A DNA stretch of 64,000 nt from Eledone cirrhosa (Eukaryota): NCBI GenBank assembly GCA_964016885.1, contig OZ024747.1:46500001-46564000 (forward strand). Reading direction: 5' to 3'. The notes beneath the pieces are model-generated. The model was not told the DNA's origin and searched no databases. It saw only the letters and a list, made by a program, of their open reading frames with translations. How positions within the stretch are numbered: the first letter of the stretch is position 1; every line of letters starts with the position of its first letter. Shown piece after piece: positions 57,447-64,000 of this stretch. Position numbers and translations under genes: made by a program.

Positions 57447-57867
57447 TATATATATATATGTATGTATGTATATTTACCGAAAAAATGTCCTGACTCACCT
57501 TATGTCGGATGGCTGATTTATCATTATTCTGATATCAAGATTAATTAAGATTTTTAATCTTAATTAATTAAATGTTTTAAGCTGAGATTGAACCAAAATA
57601 TAACGATTACTTTGGTGCCATGTTGCTGATAATGTACGTCTTGCTCTAGAACGTTCACTATGACAGTTATTGAATGCCATATAAACATTTTCAGAATTGG
57701 TAATGTATTGAACAAAATACCATGTTTCATTTTAAGTTTGTTTCCCGTCTGATTTCGAAACTTGTCGGTGTTTACATAGCCATACATCCTTCCAAGGTCT
57801 GTAAAATATGTAGCCACCAAGTCTTTACCACCTACACTACCCCATGGAGTGTATCTCACTCTATGCT

Positions 57868-58093
<226 letters not shown>

Positions 58094-59682
58094 TGTGTAT
58101 GTATGAATGTATGTATGTCTGCATGTTTGTGTGTGTATGTGTATATATATATATAACAGTACATTTATTACGTTCAGGTATATAAGAATGACTCGTGCCT
58201 TTTCCAGGATTAATAAAAATATAAGAACAAAGGAATCAAGTTTCTGGTCAACACATTTGATTTATGTTTTCCCTAGTAATATAAAATATTTGCAAAGTAA
58301 TACAATATAGATACTTGCAGAACTTTGCGTAAACCCTTAACTGACTTGCTGACTAGTCTAGTTATAAATACGACCGTTAATATTAATTTATCTGATGATG
58401 GTGCTTCCAGAGAATTTTCATTGTCACATAAAACGCTGGTATTGAAATATTTCCTTTTCTATGTTTTTGTTGTTTTTACTGTTGTCGCATTTTTGTTTTT
58501 TGAAGTGTGTGACTAAAAGTATAATCCAATTCTTATTACTTACAATAAAATCATTGTCAGTGTCGTAAACATGAAGACACAATATCTTATTAGTATTGGT
58601 GACCAGAGGATCTCTCTTTTTTGATGATTCTAATGGAATATCATTACCGACTTAAGGAAAGATAATTGAGTTGCAATAATCTTTTAATAAGTCCAGAGAA
58701 GACACTTGACCGTTCCATTATCTCACCTTTGTTTTAAATTAACAATGCTCTTTATCTTTCAACGATTCCGCTTTACTAAGGTTAAATGAGTGATAATAAG
58801 AGTTTAGTTGTAAGCTGATTGAAGCAAGTTTCTCGTAGATATAAAATGTCCATAAACAGTTCAAGAGATACAGGGAGAAGGTGTGTTGGTAAAACATAGA
58901 ATCTAATTGATACCATTAGAGTAGAAATGAGAAGAGAGACGGTGTATATATTTTCGCGCTACTGAAGATTTAATGCAATTATGTGTCTGGCCGATCAATT
59001 AATTTCTTATATTAGGACTCGATTTTGATGTCTGGAATTTGATGGCAATCTGTAATGTAGAAATTATAGGTTTTCATCGAAGTTGTTTTCTTTATTCAAG
59101 TAGTCTCAATTTAGATGCTAAAATATGCTAACTGATATTTTAAATTGTATATACGCATATCCTGTCTATTTAAACACTTTAACCTAGTAAGTACGCTTTC
59201 AAGCACGTTGTCACACACGCACAAACACACACGTACACACATACACAGACATACACACCCAGTCACACACACATACACACAAACAGACACAAACATACAC
59301 GCGCTTATATTTATATATACATTTAGAAACAATCTACTTTCTATGTGTAAATATGTTCGTGGTTCTTATAAATGTACACGTCTTTACACATTCCAAAAAA
59401 AAATAAAATCTAAAAGCAATCTAAGGGTACACACACACACAAACACACACACATATATATATATATAAATCAAGGTGGATACAGTAAGAAACTGGTTAGA
59501 CTACGACTCTCCAGCGTACTTGGGGTAGTAAGGTATGGTTATATGAAAGAGTCAGTTCCTCGATGGCCGAGTCCTTGCCGTTTCAACAGTTAGTTGCAGA
59601 CCATGGAATAACTAGATATTTAAACTACAAGAGCTCAGCCGTCGGGGTCCTGTCTCTTTAATATAAATATATATATACATAT

Positions 59683-59730
<48 letters not shown>

Positions 59731-59736
<6 letters not shown>

Positions 59737-60624
59737 TTTACATATACATAAAGCCATAGATATATATGTTGCAACCGGTCACGGTTAAATAATCAGAGCA
59801 ATATGTCCTTAGAATTATTAGATAAAATATAAACCATTTCCTCTCCCAATTAGCATAATTAACCATATAAAAAAATCAATTAGACCAAGCTATAAGAATA
59901 AAGGCTCTTATGAAGAAATTTCCGACAAATAACCGAAAGCGGCCTCTTCGCGGTGGCCCCAATAGAGTATTTATCCAACATTTCAACAGCATGTAGAAAC
60001 TGACTAAATAAACCATCAACCATACACAATTAGGTGCAAATTCAAAGTTAGAAGAAATGTGTACATACCGTAATTACATCTCTACCATGGTTTCATCCGT
60101 ATTTTTAGACATCCAATTAATGAGACAAACTCAAAATTTGACATTTAGTTTTCCAAAGTGATCGCGCCAAAAATAGATTAAAAAATGGCTAAGAATCGTG
60201 ACGTGGCAGTGGTCAAGTTAGAAAGAATGTGATTAGTTGCGGGTAGGCTTGTTGCTAGAAAGCGCAGCCAAATATCACCCAATTGTATCTCAACCTAACG
60301 GGAGATTATTAAATATAAAGGTTTACATATACATAAAGTCATAGATATATATGTTGCAACCGGGCACGTTGTAGCTCTATGAAGAATTAATAAATTAAAT
60401 AATCAGAGCAATATATCATAAATCATGTCCTTAGAATTATTAGATAAAATATATACCATTTCCTCTCCCAATTAGCATAATTAACCATATCAAAAATCAA
60501 TTAGACCAAGCTATAAGAATAAAAGCTCTTATGAAGACATTTCCGACAAATAATATGGTTAATTTTGCTAATTGGGAGAGGAAATGGTATATATTTTATC
60601 TAATAATTCTAAGGACATGATTTA

Positions 60625-60632
<8 letters not shown>
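59731..60632. mobile_element. Element with both direct repeat (~585-bp unit) and inverted terminal segment
   Basis: 59731-59932 repeated at 60316-60553; 60411-60490 inverted at 60553-60632; both ends in (TA)n. Confidence 0.8.
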
Positions 60633-60664
<32 letters not shown>

Positions 60665-60672
<8 letters not shown>

Positions 60673-61248
60673 AACGTAAAATAAGAAAATTATAAAATTA
60701 ACTTACTTACTAAAATATCACTTCCAACTAATTAGTTTCTGGAATGGAATAAATATATTTTCCGAAGAATATATGGAAAAGCATTCCGTCGTCAGGGAAG
60801 TCTATTTTCATCCAAGTTACCAGGCAAAGCGAGGACACTGGAAACTTATTTAAAAATATTCAGTGGATAGGAAATAGCAAAGCGTGGACTGAATTCCTAG
60901 CCATTGAGAAAATCACTGCATCTACGTCTGTGGCAAATTCAAAAAGAATCAATCACGTGACATCGAGGTCAATCAGTGGAAAGTGGTTTGCTAATAAGAC
61001 AGCGGCCTGCCTACTACCATAGCAGCAGTCATGGCCAATATTGCTCGACAAATAATTTGGAGATAATTATAAAGAATTTATATCTAGTAACATATATATA
61101 CATACAGATGCATATCGATGCTAGCAAATATATAGGTTTTGTCTTAGTAACATTGTGGTTCAATGCATGGGGTTGCAGAACAATAATATGAGAAACGTAA
61201 AATAAGAAAATTATAAAATTAACTTACTTACTAAAATATCACTTCCAA
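60665..61248. mobile_element. Terminally redundant element (521-bp unit, ~63-bp direct repeat)
   Basis: atatgagaaacgtaaaataag..acttccaa at 60665 and 61186; homologous to 7791-8222. Confidence 0.75.
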
Positions 61249-61267
61249 ATATATATATATATTATTA

Positions 61268-61748
<481 letters not shown>

Positions 61749-61923
61749 TGGAAATGTGGTAAGGAACCAGGTGGTCCATAACGCACCAAAGTACTCGATA
61801 CTTAGGGTAGTAGAGTGGGTAATAGGAACGAGTAGGACCCCGACGGCTGAGCACAAGCCGTTTCGACGGCTAATTCTGGACCGTCAAAACGGCTTGAGCT
61901 CAGCCGTCGGGGTCCTACTCGTT

Positions 61924-61962
<39 letters not shown>

Positions 61963-61964
61963 TA

Positions 61965-62275
61965 TATAAGTATGTATACGTACATACATATATGTAGACA
62001 GACGTACAGTACTATGTATATATATATATATACATACATGCACACATATATATATGTACGTATGGATTCACCGAACATTTATTATAATGCTCGGTGAGCA
62101 TTATAATAAATGTTCGGTGAATCCATACGTGCATATATATGTGTGTGCATGTATGTATATATATATACATACTACTGTACGTCTGTATATATATATATGT
62201 ATGTACGTATACATACTTATATTTAAGTAGCAGCCGTACTAAGAGTGAGAAATGAAATTTCGTTTCATTTTTTCT
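61965..62275. mobile_element. Family G foldback copy
   Basis: Centre aatgctc-ggt-gagcatt near 62094. Confidence 0.8.
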
Positions 62276-62283
62276 CTTTATAT

Positions 62284-62316
<33 letters not shown>

Positions 62317-62498
62317 AATATATATATATATGGGGGGGGGGGGGGGGGTGAGTGTGTGTGCGTGTGTGTTCTACATTTTATCTTTAAAGAATAATTAATA
62401 TCAAAACAGTCATTCCGAACATGTCTACACCCTCCACACGCACCTCCACACACACATACACACATTACACACACATATATATATATATATATATATGT

Positions 62499-62617
62499 GA
62501 AGGCGTGTGGCTGAGTAGTTAGAGAATTGGATTTGTAATCGTGAGGTTGTGAGTTCGATTCACGGACCGGGCGATGCGTTATGTCCTTGAGCAAGACACT
62601 TTATTTCACGTTACTCT
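62499..62617 (+). mobile_element. SINE family 2 copy
   Basis: A box TGGCTGAGTAG, B box GAGTTCGATTC, gtccttgagcaagacactt. Confidence 0.75.
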
Positions 62618-63481
62618 TCTACCTGGAGTTGCGACCGATAGATAGTATTAGCAATTCGAAAGACCAACGGAAACATTGTTTCCTCTGTACGATTTGACAA
62701 AATTCGTTCGACTTTCGGTATATATTTATACAAATTTAAATAAGTTTAAATATTTAGAAGCCCGGCAATTCGTGCGAGATTAAAAGTGCCAAGGTAATAG
62801 GAGTTAGAGAAGAGAGTGACAACTATAGAATTTGACCTCAGCAATTTTATTGATCTCAAATATTTTCGGATTTACAATCGGTTATCAAGAGAATCCGTAT
62901 GCAGGGGTTTAGAGAGTACTCGGAAAAGAATTGCGGATGGCTGGTAGAAGGAATATATACAGTATATATATAATTATTAACGTTGTGTAAGCCTTAAAAT
63001 AATTCCTATATATGAAGAGATATAAGGGAGTGTTAAAAACTTAGTATATATAAATTAAATATAATTTTTTTACTAATATATGTTGAGTACCTATTTAATA
63101 CTCTATTAATCTTGTAATATGAAACACCAAGAATAAATTGTGCAACGTTCTAAACGCAGATACACAGCTAACAATTAGTGAGAAAGATCCCCCACACACA
63201 CACACACTCACACACATATATATATAAATGTGTATATTTCCTGTAGAAATAGCTTCTACAGGATTAGAACTGTTTCATTCTAAGAAAATCACCAGGAAAG
63301 CCGACTGTCAATGTGCTAAGGTGGTATTTATACATTTTCTAGTCCTGTAGAAGTCATTTCTATATCAAATAGTTGTTCTCTGATATGTATTGAGTACCTT
63401 ACTTACTGTGGTTATTCCCGATTGAACCTGGGATACACACACGCACACACACACGCGCGCACAGACACACACGCATACGCA

Positions 63482-63514
<33 letters not shown>

Positions 63515-63629
63515 GCGCGCGATTATTATAATTGTTTGTTTCAATATTTTACACGACTGTATGTAAAATCCCCGGCATGTATCTTTGTATTGTCCCCTTT
63601 TCTTGTTCGCCCTTGTGGCAAATAAAGAA

Positions 63630-63660
<31 letters not shown>

Positions 63661-64000
63661 CAAAAGTCCCTGGCCTGGCAGTGCTACCGAGGAGCTCTAC
63701 CAGTTCGAGACAAGCTCTACGGACATGGGCGTCCGGGCAGGGACCCTGCAAAAAAAATCTGTCCAAGGTGCGTGCGTAACAAAGAAACCGTCGCGCACGC
63801 ATTCATACATTGCCCGGGCGTCACTGACCTGTGGGGCTATGTAGAACGACTATTGTCGCGGGTGGGACCAATCCGGTTGACCACCGAGTCCATTGTCATG
63901 ATCAAACCGCCACCCTCCTTCAAAAACGAAGGAGAGGCGGTTTTCCTTTGTGTGATAGCTATGGCGAAAGAGGTTGTATGGTGGACAAGGTTGAAAGGGC
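63661..64000 (+). mobile_element. 5'-truncated L1/Tx1-type LINE ORF2 C-terminus (zf-RVT-like), continues past window end
   Basis: Stop-free frame from 63661: QKSLAWQCYRGALPVRDKL..ICPRCVRNKETVAHAFIHCPGVTDLWGYV..AKEVVWWTR; starts right after (CTAT)n. Confidence 0.8.

Overview
Eukaryotic, repeat-saturated DNA with no supportable host gene. Extreme (TA)n/(CA)n/(GA)n density and the tRNA-derived SINE types suggest an octopod cephalopod (inference). Almost all short ORFs in the track are microsatellite translations. Real coding content is retroelement-derived: one uninterrupted 1130-aa R4/Dong-type RT-REL ORF (50806-54198, -), a disrupted near-full-length RTE LINE (35002-38460, -), a disrupted Penelope-like element (39170-41720, +), and fragments of CRE-like, Tx1/L1-like, RTE and further PLE elements. 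Also present: two SINE families, a non-autonomous Helitron and an RTE-derived zinc-finger mini-element. The most striking unexplained structure is a set of mutually dissimilar short non-coding elements abutting (TA)n tracts. They form foldback palindromes or terminally redundant 0.5-0.65 kb units, many carry minimal type I hammerhead ribozymes (palindromic stem III; two families with a U3-A8 core swap), and several share a T(T/C)GAG(T/C)RC motif in an unpaired tail. All calls are by eye; boundaries are approximate to a few bases unless a TSD or terminus is quoted.
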